A program made the position numbers and the translations under genes. DNA of 55,838 bases, taken from a virus. Lineage: Duplodnaviria > Caudoviricetes. This document shows, one piece after another, positions 19,954-30,500 of this stretch. Below the pieces are notes generated by a model. It made no database searches. It worked only from the letters and a program-made list of their open reading frames with translations, and was not told the origin of the DNA. The DNA lies in the IMG/VR virus record IMGVR_UViG_3300030329_002466, positions 1 to 55,838 of that record. The stretch is one strand, 5' to 3'. Numbering within the stretch: position 1 is the stretch's first letter; every line of letters starts with the position of its first letter.

Positions 19954-21915
19954 GTGGCTCAGAAACGTAACAACATGGTTTATGGTATAAATTATGGTTT
20001 CAGAGCATTATTAGATTGGCAAGCTGGAAAGCCCAAAAGACGAAGAAATATAAATGATTTACTTTTAAAAACTTTCCCTCCTGAAAAAAAACCTATAGAA
20101 AAACAAGGACAGACTTCTCGAAGAATACCCGGTAAGCGTGGTATGTTTTTTGATGTTTCAAATATTAAAAGACCACCAATGCAAAAAAATGAAGATAAAG
20201 AAAAAGCTTTAGCAGGAAATGTTGGACAGTGGGTGTATTTACTTGCTGAAAAAATGAAGACAGAATCTTTACAAGCTGTGTTAGATTCTATGGAAGATTC
20301 TAGAAAAAGGTGGGAAATAGAAGACGAAGAAATGAAACAATTAGAAGCTATAGCATTTGACCCTGTTGTAACTTTTGGAAGTACAGATTTAAAAACAGGT
20401 TATAAAAAACAAGTTGAGAATAGTCCTATGTTTCAACAAATGTTTACTGGTTTAGGTACTGGTAGTAATTGGATGCAATCTTATGTAGCTAATGTTGCTT
20501 CTAGAGGTCCTACTGAAATAAAAAAAATGAGTAAATTAGTTGAAAAACATTTAGTTTCATTCCGTGGGTCAGTACTTGGTAAAGAAACATTTGCTAAAGG
20601 TCCAGAAATTGATATAAATGATGTAGGACAAACAATTCAAGAAAAGATTATAACTGGTCGTAAAAGTGACAAAACAGGCGGATTTATAGCTACATCTCCT
20701 GATGCTATAAATTGGGGACCTGATTTTGAATCCAAAAGAAAAGATTATAGTAAACCTATTGATTTGGAATTTACAGAAGAAATTCAAGTCCCTAGAGGTC
20801 CTACGTTTAAACGTATGGATGTTACTTCTTCATTTTTCTTAGACCCACAAACAGGGGCAACTACAGGTCATCACGGAACAGGTAAAGGCTATAGATTCGA
20901 TATGGCTTGGACTACTAAACATGAAGCTGAAGAAGGAATAGAAAGAATGCAAAGTAACCAATTAACTACATATAATAATATAATGAAACTTATTATAGAT
21001 TGGGCTAAAAGGACTGGTAGGGCAGGTGCAGGTAAAACTCCTAATCTTCAACAATTGAGAGATTATTTACCCACTAAAAGTAGGATTGATGGTTGGGTTA
21101 AACAAAATTTAATACCTAATTTAGGAGACCCTGCTTTAGATGGTATACGAGCAGAAATAGGTAATATGACTAAAGGAGATTTAGTAGATACCTTTATTTG
21201 GGTAATGCACCACATGGGTAATATGTTACCCGGACAAGCAGAAAATTATGCTAATACTATGTCAATTGTTATAAATGGGCAGCATGCCACTTTAATATTA
21301 GTTTATGAAATTGATGATAAGGGTATGTATCAAAAAGTTCACGCGAATATATTTGAAGAAGAAACACCTTTACAATGGTTAGTTAGTAAAGCACACGAGT
21401 TGGGCGTTGAAGGAACTTTTGAGGAAATATTACAAGAAGCTAATGCAAGTTTAGCAGCAGAAGGTTTACAAGGTGTTAAATCTTATGGTGTTTTAAGTCA
21501 AGTGGCTGAAGCATTTCTTAACTCAGTACACCCAAGAATTTCTATGACTAAATTAATGGAACCTAAGTTTAGTGCAGTTTTAGAAAATGTTGTTAATAAA
21601 GTTTTTGAGAATATACATAAATCTCTCCATGAATCTATGGTTAAAGGTTTAAGAGAGCAAACACTTACCTTTTCTAAATGGGCAGCAAATCCTTCTAATT
21701 TAGGAGATATACCTGAATGGTATGAATGGGCCGCTTCTACTATTTTAACAGATAATTCAGATGCACCAGATATGAAAGGTGACCCTTTCTGGTTTTTATG
21801 GGCTGCTCCTTATGTTTCTGGAGGATTTAGAGGAGTTGGTGGTGGTATACAAACAACTGGAGACCATCCAAGAATGGCTAAACTTACAGATAAAGGTAGC
21901 ATCACTATAGGTTAA
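19954..21915 (+). CDS. Hypothetical 653 aa protein in the neck-tail module (GTG start)
   Basis: Long ORF, AGGAG SD, coupled to the previous gene; no motif recognised. Confidence 0.6.
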   Translation: MAQKRNNMVYGINYGFRALLDWQAGKPKRRRNINDLLLKTFPPEKKPIEKQGQTSRRIPGKRGMFFDVSNIKRPPMQKNEDKEKALAGNVGQWVYLLAEKMKTESLQAVLDSMEDSRKRWEIEDEEMKQLEAIAFDPVVTFGSTDLKTGYKKQVENSPMFQQMFTGLGTGSNWMQSYVANVASRGPTEIKKMSKLVEKHLVSFRGSVLGKETFAKGPEIDINDVGQTIQEKIITGRKSDKTGGFIATSPDAINWGPDFESKRKDYSKPIDLEFTEEIQVPRGPTFKRMDVTSSFFLDPQTGATTGHHGTGKGYRFDMAWTTKHEAEEGIERMQSNQLTTYNNIMKLIIDWAKRTGRAGAGKTPNLQQLRDYLPTKSRIDGWVKQNLIPNLGDPALDGIRAEIGNMTKGDLVDTFIWVMHHMGNMLPGQAENYANTMSIVINGQHATLILVYEIDDKGMYQKVHANIFEEETPLQWLVSKAHELGVEGTFEEILQEANASLAAEGLQGVKSYGVLSQVAEAFLNSVHPRISMTKLMEPKFSAVLENVVNKVFENIHKSLHESMVKGLREQTLTFSKWAANPSNLGDIPEWYEWAASTILTDNSDAPDMKGDPFWFLWAAPYVSGGFRGVGGGIQTTGDHPRMAKLTDKGSITIG

Positions 21916-21916
21916 G

Positions 21917-21933
21917 GCATAACCTTTATATAC
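21917..21933 (+). promoter_or_regulatory. BRE+TATA promoter (GCATAACCTTTATATAC) for the tail operon
   Basis: Consensus match in the intergenic gap before the tail-tube genes. Confidence 0.7.
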
Positions 21934-22004
21934 TACCCCATACTATATATAATCTGAATGTAATGTAACTCTTATCTGAGAGAGAAGATTAGGAGAAAAT
22001 AACA

Positions 22005-23024
22005 ATGGCATATTTTGTAGGAAGAGATGTCGATATTGCGATAACGACAGAACACCCAACACAAGGAGTAATGGTCCGTGAACCGGACTCAGCAACAGGA
22101 GCGTTGCAAGACAAGCATATAGCTATAGCAGTAGATTTTGCTCATGGTTCAACAGTATACGACTACGCTAATTCAACAGATTACGATTTTCTGTTTGCTG
22201 GTCCTAGAGCTTTAAGTACTGCAGCAGGATGTGACGCTAACGCAGCTTTTGAAGAATTGAATGGTGACGGTTCCACTTTAATAAATGGACAAGATTGGAA
22301 CATTAATCCAAACAACATTACTGGTTTAGAACTATCCCTTGGTGTTCAAGACGAAGATGTGGCTTTTATCGGCCAACGTAATATCTTAAAGGCAGAAATT
22401 AAGAAAGATAACAGCGTGACATTAACACGTAAGAAGTCAGACAAAGTCTGGGACGGTATTTATAATGATGCTCGTTTCGGAATTAAAGAAAGCAATACAG
22501 TTGCAGCACCAACAGCAGATGAACCCCTACCGGGATTATTTACAGGACTAAGCGCACCTGATTTTGTAACATGTGGTTACAGAGTCATTATAAGGTTTGC
22601 TGCAAAAACCCCTGTTGATTCAGGTTCTACTGTAGACGATGGAGGAGGTAATTTTGGTGCATCAGACACAACTCTTACATGCGGCGCTAATAGCATTGAC
22701 AACAATGATTATATTCAAATAGAAGAAGAAATATTAAAGGTTACTGGAGGTGGCGGAACTACAACATTAACTGTAGCTAGAGGACAATTAGGAACACAAG
22801 ACGTAACTCATTCTAACGGTATTAAGATTTATGACCTTGGACCCGGTGGTGAAGGTGAAGTTTTAGTTTTAAGAAACTGTTATGTAACTGAACACACAGT
22901 AACTCTTTCAGCAGATGGCAGCCAAGAAGAGTCTTTAACTCTTCAAAGTTATACTGACCCTAAAATTTACGATGGAATAGAAAATGGTTTGTGGGATGAC
23001 GCCACAACTTCAGCGGAGCTCTGA
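22005..23024 (+). CDS. Tail tube protein paralog 1 (with inserted beta domain)
   Basis: Strong SD; ITGLELSLGVQDEDV..IKKDNSVTLTRKK..LRNCYVTEHTVT..EESLTL; upstream of chaperone and tape measure. Confidence 0.7.
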   Translation: MAYFVGRDVDIAITTEHPTQGVMVREPDSATGALQDKHIAIAVDFAHGSTVYDYANSTDYDFLFAGPRALSTAAGCDANAAFEELNGDGSTLINGQDWNINPNNITGLELSLGVQDEDVAFIGQRNILKAEIKKDNSVTLTRKKSDKVWDGIYNDARFGIKESNTVAAPTADEPLPGLFTGLSAPDFVTCGYRVIIRFAAKTPVDSGSTVDDGGGNFGASDTTLTCGANSIDNNDYIQIEEEILKVTGGGGTTTLTVARGQLGTQDVTHSNGIKIYDLGPGGEGEVLVLRNCYVTEHTVTLSADGSQEESLTLQSYTDPKIYDGIENGLWDDATTSAEL

Positions 23025-23029
23025 ATAAT

Positions 23030-23800
23030 ATGGCATATTTTGTAGGAAAAGATGTAGACGTTTGGATTACTACCGAACATTATAATGATTGCGTAGGAGT
23101 GGTTGATAACGAGATACAAGTAGTTTCATCTCAAGCAACACTAACCGCAGCAAGAGCAGCAAAACCATCAACAGCAATATTGTCAGGAGCATTAGGTAAC
23201 GCTGGTTCCCCTGCTAATAGAATTACTGATATCACAGGTTGTGATTTAAGTGTAGGTGCAGTTGATGAAGATTTAACTTTCTTTGGACTACGTAATGTAG
23301 GTAAAATAGAAGTTAAGAAAGAAACTAGTATTACTATAACTAGGAAGAAATCGGACAATAAGAACATGGTTCTTTTCCAAGGTTCGACAACAGCTTCTGC
23401 AACACATTCTAACACAGGTGGAGGACACAGTGGTAGATGGGGACTTATAAATAAGACTGGTGGAGGCGCCACTGTTGTAGCAGATGGTTCTGTTGACCCT
23501 AAAAGTACCCTAGATGACACAAGTACTCAATCTTATGGTTATAGAGTGTTTTTAGAATTGAAAGGAACTTCCGATGATACTGGTACAGTTTTGATTATTC
23601 CTAACTGTACAATGATGGAATATTCTGGAAGCGTTTCTAACGAAACAGCTAACGAAGAAACTTTCACCTTTACTTCAATGGTTAAACCAATATTAATGAA
23701 TGACACGAAAGTCGAAGTCTCTGGTGTAGATTATTTCGGTCATACAGGCGCAGGCACAGTCGCTCCTGCTGTAACAAAAACAGCAGCAGCAGATATGTGA
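23030..23800 (+). CDS. Tail tube protein paralog 2
   Basis: Shares MAYFVG(R/K)DVD, ITG.DLS.G..DED, TRKKSD and GYRV with paralog 1. Confidence 0.7.
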   Translation: MAYFVGKDVDVWITTEHYNDCVGVVDNEIQVVSSQATLTAARAAKPSTAILSGALGNAGSPANRITDITGCDLSVGAVDEDLTFFGLRNVGKIEVKKETSITITRKKSDNKNMVLFQGSTTASATHSNTGGGHSGRWGLINKTGGGATVVADGSVDPKSTLDDTSTQSYGYRVFLELKGTSDDTGTVLIIPNCTMMEYSGSVSNETANEETFTFTSMVKPILMNDTKVEVSGVDYFGHTGAGTVAPAVTKTAAADM

Positions 23801-23808
23801 GGTGAATA

Positions 23809-23964
23809 ATGGAATACGATGAATTAAAGAAAGAACTTGAGGACCTAGGATATAATGCGAAATCAATAGAAACTAGATTAGCTAATTGGTTAGAAGCAAA
23901 TCCAGATAAGGCTCCTAAAGCTAAAGCTAAGAAAACAGCTAAGAAAGAAGAAAAGAAAGAGTAA
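23809..23964 (+). CDS. Small Lys-rich protein (51 aa, MEYDELKKELEDLGY...KKEEKKE); not in the ORF track
   Basis: GAGGTGA SD, ATG 23809, TAA ending 23964. Confidence 0.65.
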   Translation: MEYDELKKELEDLGYNAKSIETRLANWLEANPDKAPKAKAKKTAKKEEKKE

Positions 23965-23980
23965 TCTTTCTAAAGAAATA

Positions 23981-24001
23981 GGGAGGGTGAAATTCCCTCC
24001 C
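23981..24001 (+). terminator. GC-rich hairpin after the tail-tube cluster
   Basis: GGGAGGG-TGAAATT-CCCTCCC, perfect 7-bp stem. Confidence 0.55.
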
Positions 24002-24008
24002 AATATGA

Positions 24009-24392
24009 ATGGAGAAATATATGACAGAAAATGTATGGAGTATAGAAGAATTAGTTGCACTCACAGATGAAGTGCAAAAAAAAGAAACGGAATACAACGG
24101 TAAGAAACTTGTTTTTCAATACTGTGAATTGACAGAAGGAGAAGAACCAAAATTTAGTTTCCCCGGTGCAGGAGCTTCAGAAGAAGAACAAAATGAGGCA
24201 TATAAACAAATAGGCGAAGCTAGGATTTTAGCTATGATAGAAAAAGCTAATAAAAAGAATCCTGACGGAGCAACTGTTTCCGAAGAGAATTGGAGTAAAT
24301 TACCATCCACGGTAAGGTGGGGTATATCTAATTCTGTTTTAGGAAGTGGTGATGGTGCCTCTTTTCGTGGAGTGGATGAAGACAGCGCCTGA
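24009..24392 (+). CDS. Tail assembly chaperone (gpG-like; likely start ATG 24020)
   Basis: Acidic, about 125 aa, between tail tube and tape measure; GGAGA SD before the second Met. Confidence 0.7.
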   Translation: MEKYMTENVWSIEELVALTDEVQKKETEYNGKKLVFQYCELTEGEEPKFSFPGAGASEEEQNEAYKQIGEARILAMIEKANKKNPDGATVSEENWSKLPSTVRWGISNSVLGSGDGASFRGVDEDSA

Positions 24393-24675
24393 AGCTGTAT
24401 ATTTATACATACCGTTAATGAAAGAACTCGGTCTAAGTTGGACTGAGATAAAAAATAGCACCAAAAAAGAACTTGAAGGTTTATTATTTGGTCTTTCTCA
24501 GTACAATACTTTACACCAGTTTGATGGATATGACGAAAAAGACATTAATCAATTGTCTAAAGAAAAGCCCCAAATAAGGTCAGATTATTACAATTACATG
24601 AATGTAAAACGAGAATATGACGACAGAATGGGAAAAACAAAAAAACAACAATCACTTGAAGAAATAATAAGTTAA
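24346..24675 (+). CDS. Tail assembly chaperone extension (gpT-like), reached by +1 frameshift
   Basis: Overlaps the previous ORF in the +1 frame; LGLSWTEIKN motif; slippery TCT TTT CGT at 24360-24368. Confidence 0.65.
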   Translation: MVMVPLFVEWMKTAPEAVYLYIPLMKELGLSWTEIKNSTKKELEGLLFGLSQYNTLHQFDGYDEKDINQLSKEKPQIRSDYYNYMNVKREYDDRMGKTKKQQSLEEIIS

Positions 24676-24676
24676 T

Positions 24677-27571
24677 ATGGCAGGAGACTCATTACTCAGT
24701 ATAAAAGGTAAGGTTAGCTGGCTCGCAGGAGACCACAGTAACGTTATTAATTCTACAAAGAGAATGATGAGTGGAATGAATCAAGCCATAACTGGGGAAA
24801 TGAGAAGTGGCCAACGAGCTCGAGAAGGCGTTATTCAAAGTGGTTTAAATAAAATAGAAAAAGAAGAACAAGCTTCAGCAAAAAGACTTTTAAAGAATAA
24901 ACAAGCTGATGCTCAAAGGTTATCTGAGGTTAGAGTTAACCAAAGAAAACCTCCTAAAGTTACAAGTCGTTCTTCTGACGAAGTTAAAAAGCGTGCAAAT
25001 GATATTAAACAGTTGGTAAAAGCTGGTGAAGAAGCTCATGCTAAATTAAAACAAATACAAGAACGAGCTGGTTCTAAAGTTTCTAAAGCTAAAGCTTGGT
25101 CTGCGACTGAATTTGCTGGCATGGAAGCTGGTGAAAGAGCTGGTACTATAGGTAGAATGAAACAAGCTACCGCAGAATTAACAGAAGAAATAGGCCAATT
25201 AGAAGAAGCGAAGAGTAAATTAGATTATCATAAAGACCGTAGAGAATATATAGCAGTTACTAGAGCAATTGAAGATAAAAATAGAGCGATAGAAGAAAGT
25301 AAAGATGCAACTGGCGAGGCAATAAAGTTAGATAAACAATGGTCTCGTTACGAATTTGAACATAGAGAAGAACTTAAGAAAACTTCTGAAGCTAAAAGAA
25401 AACTATATAGGCTAGATAAAGAAATATACAGAACTACTATCCAAATGGAAAATGATTTAAGAAATGCTTCTAGAGAAGTAGCTGAAGAAATAGGAAGAGT
25501 TCGTCAAGAAGCTGGCGAAGGTTTAAGAAATGCTTTTATGTTTGCTACAGTAGCTATTACAGCATTTTGGTATAAATTACAACCACTTACTGAAACTTTT
25601 AAGGAATTTGAAGCTGAACTTGTTAACGCTCAATCTATTTGGCAAAACAGCCAAGAAGATTTAAATGAATTATCAGACCAAGTCGTTCAATTTGGTCAAA
25701 AATTTGGTATAGAAATGGGTAAGGCCACAGAAGGTCTCTACCAGTATGCATCCGCAGGTGTAGAAGCCGCAGAAGCGATGCAAATGTTAAATCACACTTT
25801 AACTCTATCTATGGCTGTTCAAGGTGACCATAATACTTTGGCTAAACTAACCACCCAGACAATTATGGGTTTCGGTATGGAGTTTAATCAAGCAGCAGAA
25901 GTAACAGATAAGTTTGCTCATGCTATTAACATGTCTTTGATAGAATGGGATGACTTAGCAAGCTCTATTAAGTTTGCTTTACCTTTCTTTACATCTACAG
26001 GGCAAAGTCTAGACCAATTACTGGGAGCTCTATCTGTATTGACCAATAGAGCCCTAGAGGCAGGTATAGCTGGTAGGGGTCTACGTCAAGCCCTAGCGGA
26101 GTTTACACAACACGCTGAAGATAATGCTGCTGCATTTAGAAAAATGGGAGTAGAAATATTAGACACTGAAGGTAATATGCATCAGCTTACAGATATTGCT
26201 GCTCAATTCCAAGAAGCTATGGGTGATGGAGTTAAAGATATGGACATCATGATGGCATTAATGGAAGATTTAAACATTCGTGGTGCTACTGCTTTCGTTC
26301 ACTTGGTTCAGAATGCTGATGAATTCCAAGAGCAGGTTGACGACCTTCAAAATGCATCCGGTGCTGCAGCTAAAATGGCAGAAATTCAGCAGAAATCTTT
26401 AGCTAACCAAATTCAGTTAGTTAAGAACGCGTTAGAAGCTCCGTTTTTAATGTCTGATAAAGTAGGAGAAGCAGCCGGATATACAAATGAATTTGCTTTA
26501 CAATTACATAGTATGACTAAAGCTTTTGAATCTTTAATTGTCGTTGAAGAAAATGGAACAAAAAAACTGACAGAATTTGGTCAGTTTATAAAAGATTTCG
26601 TTATACTTGCTATGCGGGAATTACATGTATTAATAGTAAATGTTAGAGACGCATTATTAAGTTTTGGTAATCAGTCTGAAAGTGCGGCATCTTTACTTCA
26701 TATGTTTACAATTCCTTTAAATGCAGTTGTTAAGTTATTTGGTGCTATAGGTCCCGGACTTATGCAAGTAATAATAATGTATAAACTTTTGAATAAGGTT
26801 TTACCAATAAGTATAGTTAATACAATGAAAATGATAATGGCAGAAAAGAAACAATTATTATCTAAAAGAGCAACACTTATGGCGCAACTTATGGAAATAA
26901 AAGGAATAGGTAAAATAAGAGCGGCTAAGATAGTAGAAGAAATGGGTTATAATAATGTCACAAAGGCTGTGTGGGGTCAAGTTGTAGCTCAAGCAGCTTT
27001 ACAAGTTGGTTTGTTTGCTATAATAGGAGCAGTTAAGAAATGGGGAATGGACAGTCACGAGGCAGCATTTGGTGTAGGAGCTTTAGCTGGTATGTTTACT
27101 TATTTAGCTTATGCCATGACAGCAGCCGTTATAGCTGGTACAAATGCTCTAAACCCGGGTAATTGGGCTACTTTTGGTTCTTTAGGTGTAGCCAGTACAA
27201 TAGCTGGTGTAGCTGCTGTTTCAGGAGCTATGGGTGTGGCTACTCGTTCTATGATGAAAACAGATGATATTATAGGAGAACCACCAAGTTATACCGCTGA
27301 TGAATTTGCTACAGGAGGAAGAGTTATGGCTATGAGGTCTTACGCAACAGGAGGGAGAGCTACTGGAGGTATAGGTGGTACACATTTCCCTGTTATGGTA
27401 GAATCGGGAGAATCTATTATATCTAAAACACAAAACATGGCAAATGGCGGGGTAGGTGGAGTTACAATACAAATCCACGGAGATGTTTATGATGGTGAAA
27501 ACTTCGCTGATAAAGTAGGCCAAGCTTTACCAAACGCACTTAGAAACGCACAAGATAGAGGTACATTTTAA
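24677..27571 (+). CDS. Tape measure protein (TP901-like core)
   Basis: FEAELVNAQSI..GLYQYASAG..DKFA..EAGIAGRGLRQ..MGVEILDTEGNM core; C-terminal FATGG/YATGG motifs. Confidence 0.9.
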   Translation: MAGDSLLSIKGKVSWLAGDHSNVINSTKRMMSGMNQAITGEMRSGQRAREGVIQSGLNKIEKEEQASAKRLLKNKQADAQRLSEVRVNQRKPPKVTSRSSDEVKKRANDIKQLVKAGEEAHAKLKQIQERAGSKVSKAKAWSATEFAGMEAGERAGTIGRMKQATAELTEEIGQLEEAKSKLDYHKDRREYIAVTRAIEDKNRAIEESKDATGEAIKLDKQWSRYEFEHREELKKTSEAKRKLYRLDKEIYRTTIQMENDLRNASREVAEEIGRVRQEAGEGLRNAFMFATVAITAFWYKLQPLTETFKEFEAELVNAQSIWQNSQEDLNELSDQVVQFGQKFGIEMGKATEGLYQYASAGVEAAEAMQMLNHTLTLSMAVQGDHNTLAKLTTQTIMGFGMEFNQAAEVTDKFAHAINMSLIEWDDLASSIKFALPFFTSTGQSLDQLLGALSVLTNRALEAGIAGRGLRQALAEFTQHAEDNAAAFRKMGVEILDTEGNMHQLTDIAAQFQEAMGDGVKDMDIMMALMEDLNIRGATAFVHLVQNADEFQEQVDDLQNASGAAAKMAEIQQKSLANQIQLVKNALEAPFLMSDKVGEAAGYTNEFALQLHSMTKAFESLIVVEENGTKKLTEFGQFIKDFVILAMRELHVLIVNVRDALLSFGNQSESAASLLHMFTIPLNAVVKLFGAIGPGLMQVIIMYKLLNKVLPISIVNTMKMIMAEKKQLLSKRATLMAQLMEIKGIGKIRAAKIVEEMGYNNVTKAVWGQVVAQAALQVGLFAIIGAVKKWGMDSHEAAFGVGALAGMFTYLAYAMTAAVIAGTNALNPGNWATFGSLGVASTIAGVAAVSGAMGVATRSMMKTDDIIGEPPSYTADEFATGGRVMAMRSYATGGRATGGIGGTHFPVMVESGESIISKTQNMANGGVGGVTIQIHGDVYDGENFADKVGQALPNALRNAQDRGTF

Positions 27572-30500
27572 TGGCAATATTTAAGAGAGAATTGAAAATT
27601 ACGACTGAAGAACAGGGCGATGAAATCAAACACGCAGCATTAAGTCCATTGTTAGGAGACTATTTCGATGGTGAAATAAATGTTTTACCTGCAGTAGAAA
27701 ATAATATATATGGTGAAATAGGACCACAAGAGATACCATTAGGTAATAGCGTAGCTAATAGTTTTTATTTATTAGAAACTCCTGTTAAACGTCCTCCAAT
27801 ATTTGGTGAAGCAAAATTAGTTGGAATGGATTTACATGTTAAACATAGTAATATTAATTATAAACAAGAAAATAATTTAGCAGATATAGAAGTTTATAAA
27901 TTTGATAAAGAAATACCTTCTTTAGGTGTATTTCCAAAATTATCATCGGATGGTTCTAAAGTAATAGTTGGTTCAACAGGTCCTAGTACCAGTAAAATGG
28001 TGGAGAAATTTGATGGCCAGACTGGTTGGGGTGGAATTGAAAATTTGAATACCACTTCTAAATCTTCTAGCTCGAGACGTTCGGATGATGATTTATATAT
28101 AACTTTGGAAGATGCTTGGTATATACAAGAGAATGAATCTTCAGGAGTTCCTGATGGTAATCAACATGCAGATGGTTTAAGTAGTAAATCATCATTTAGG
28201 AAACAATATTGCCATTGGGATGATAATATAGGAGCTTATATTATGCCATTAGAGAAGACTGGTTATATAAGAAAAGATATGTTGTCACCGAAAAATGGTA
28301 TGAGATGGAGTAAAGATTTTGCTATTAGTCGAGCGTATTATGATTATGAATTTGCTGTGGCAGAAGATAGAGAAAAGGATTTTAAACGACCTGTTGTAAA
28401 ACATACAGGAGATTGGAGAACTACACTTACTAAAGAAACAGAATTTGCAGACGCTCCAGTTATTACAACCGAACATACTATGCTTAGTGATGTTAGACAC
28501 ACACCTAATGTCTTAGGAACTGTAAAGGAAGACGGTCAAGATGTTAATGTTCTATTTGGAGAATCTACACCTGTATTTTCAACAGAAGGAGAACCACCTT
28601 CTGGACAAGCTTGTGTAATGAGAAATAGATGGACCAGTAGGTTAGATAAAGAGCATAAATTTTCCTTTGGAGAAACAAGTATACCATATCAATCTCAAAT
28701 GATTCAAATGCGTTTACCTTATCCATTACACATAGCAAGACAAATAGATACTGACCAAGCTCTTGATTCAATGTGTGTTTCTATAAAATTCTCTATATTA
28801 GCTTTAACTAAATATCATAGAAGTAATGTCAATCAGGGTTTAAAAGCAGATGGTTCAGCCTCTGCTGTTACCGGATGGGAATTCGGTGCTTGGGAGGATA
28901 AGTGGCCTAATGTAGGCAATTACGGACACGAATGTCAGGAAGGTCATAATCTATTACGTTCTATTATAATGATGACTTCTACAAGTCCTCCTGCTCAAGA
29001 CGAATGTTTCGCTCAATATATTTATCGTTTAAATAAAACTGGCGTATCCCCGGGTAATCCAAATCATATAGCTGACCAATATAATACAACAGCTAATTGT
29101 AAACAGTATTATAATGGTATAGGTTTTGTAAGATGGGGTCAAGGCGCTTCAGACGATACTGAAGAAGGTGAAATTAAAATAATTAATTCTGGTAAAACTC
29201 TAACAGGTAATGATTCTCAATATTGGCAATCAAACTGCGTTACACCAGTTAGTACTAAGGGAAAGAATTTTGGACCTTATACTAATCCACCATTTATTAA
29301 GAAAGCCACAACAGGTAATGGTGGAGAATTCGTTCTAAATACTGCAACAATACCAGCAAATGATGCAACCGTACCTTTAAGTTCACCTACTGATAAAGTT
29401 AGAATTGGTTCATATATACTTAACGATGCTGACGGAGGGGGGAATCAAATAAGATTTGTTCCACACACCGAACAACATGGTAGCGGAAGTCGCTCTTCAA
29501 CAAAAATTTACTTTGATAGAACTGTTTCAATTGTTGGTAACTCAACTTATGACTCTAATGGTGGAAAATTTATGGTTAAGTTTGTAGAAGGTGATATGAA
29601 TGGATATATAGCTAAAATTGCAAGTTCTACCGCAGAGAGCGGCACAGGTAGCGGCGACGACGCAGCATATATAACTCTTGATGATAGTGTTTATCAAACA
29701 ATAAATCAAAGTGATGAATTTATTATAATTAATGGTAAATGGCCTAAAACATCTGTATCAGGTAAAGATTATATGAGAGAGAAGCCATGTTATGTAGAAA
29801 GTATAAATACAGGTTTAGATGGTAATGCTGTTGAATCTTTTGAAATGTCTTCGTCCACAGGAACAGGGCCCGATTCTGCCGAAAGAGTTGGTGGCAGTGA
29901 TAAAATAGTATTTAATCGTGGCTACCCTTATCCAGACGCTATAGAAAGTGTAGTTGGTCCCGGCAATAAAAAACTGATGAAAACTGAAGAATGGTATACA
30001 CTTAAAATGTTCTTCAATGATAGGAGTGAACGCCATGACGGTACATCAGTCACAGAAGGTGGATATATTCGATATGTTTTGTTAGACTCTAATAATAAAG
30101 TAGTTTGGACTAGAAGACAACAACATCAAGGTATAGCACAAACAGAAGAAGCTGTAGGTGGAGACCAAAATACTAATAATGGGTACGCTTTTCCATCTTA
30201 TTTAACTTTATGGGTTAATAATGTAGCAGTAAATGGTGCAACTGGTGAAGGTTCAAATAAAGAATGTGTGGAATCTAAAGGTCCAACACAACAGGGAAAA
30301 TCACATGCTTTATGGAAGACTGATTCTGATATGGACACAGAAGTTACATTAGCAGTAAGTTCTATTTCATGTGAAGGTTATGAACCAGACACTAAAAATG
30401 CATCTTTAATAGGTAGTACAACAAGGGAAGAAATAAAAATATCAGAAAGCACAGATGCACCACTTATTGATACTGTCACTGGACAAAGTGTTGGTACTGG

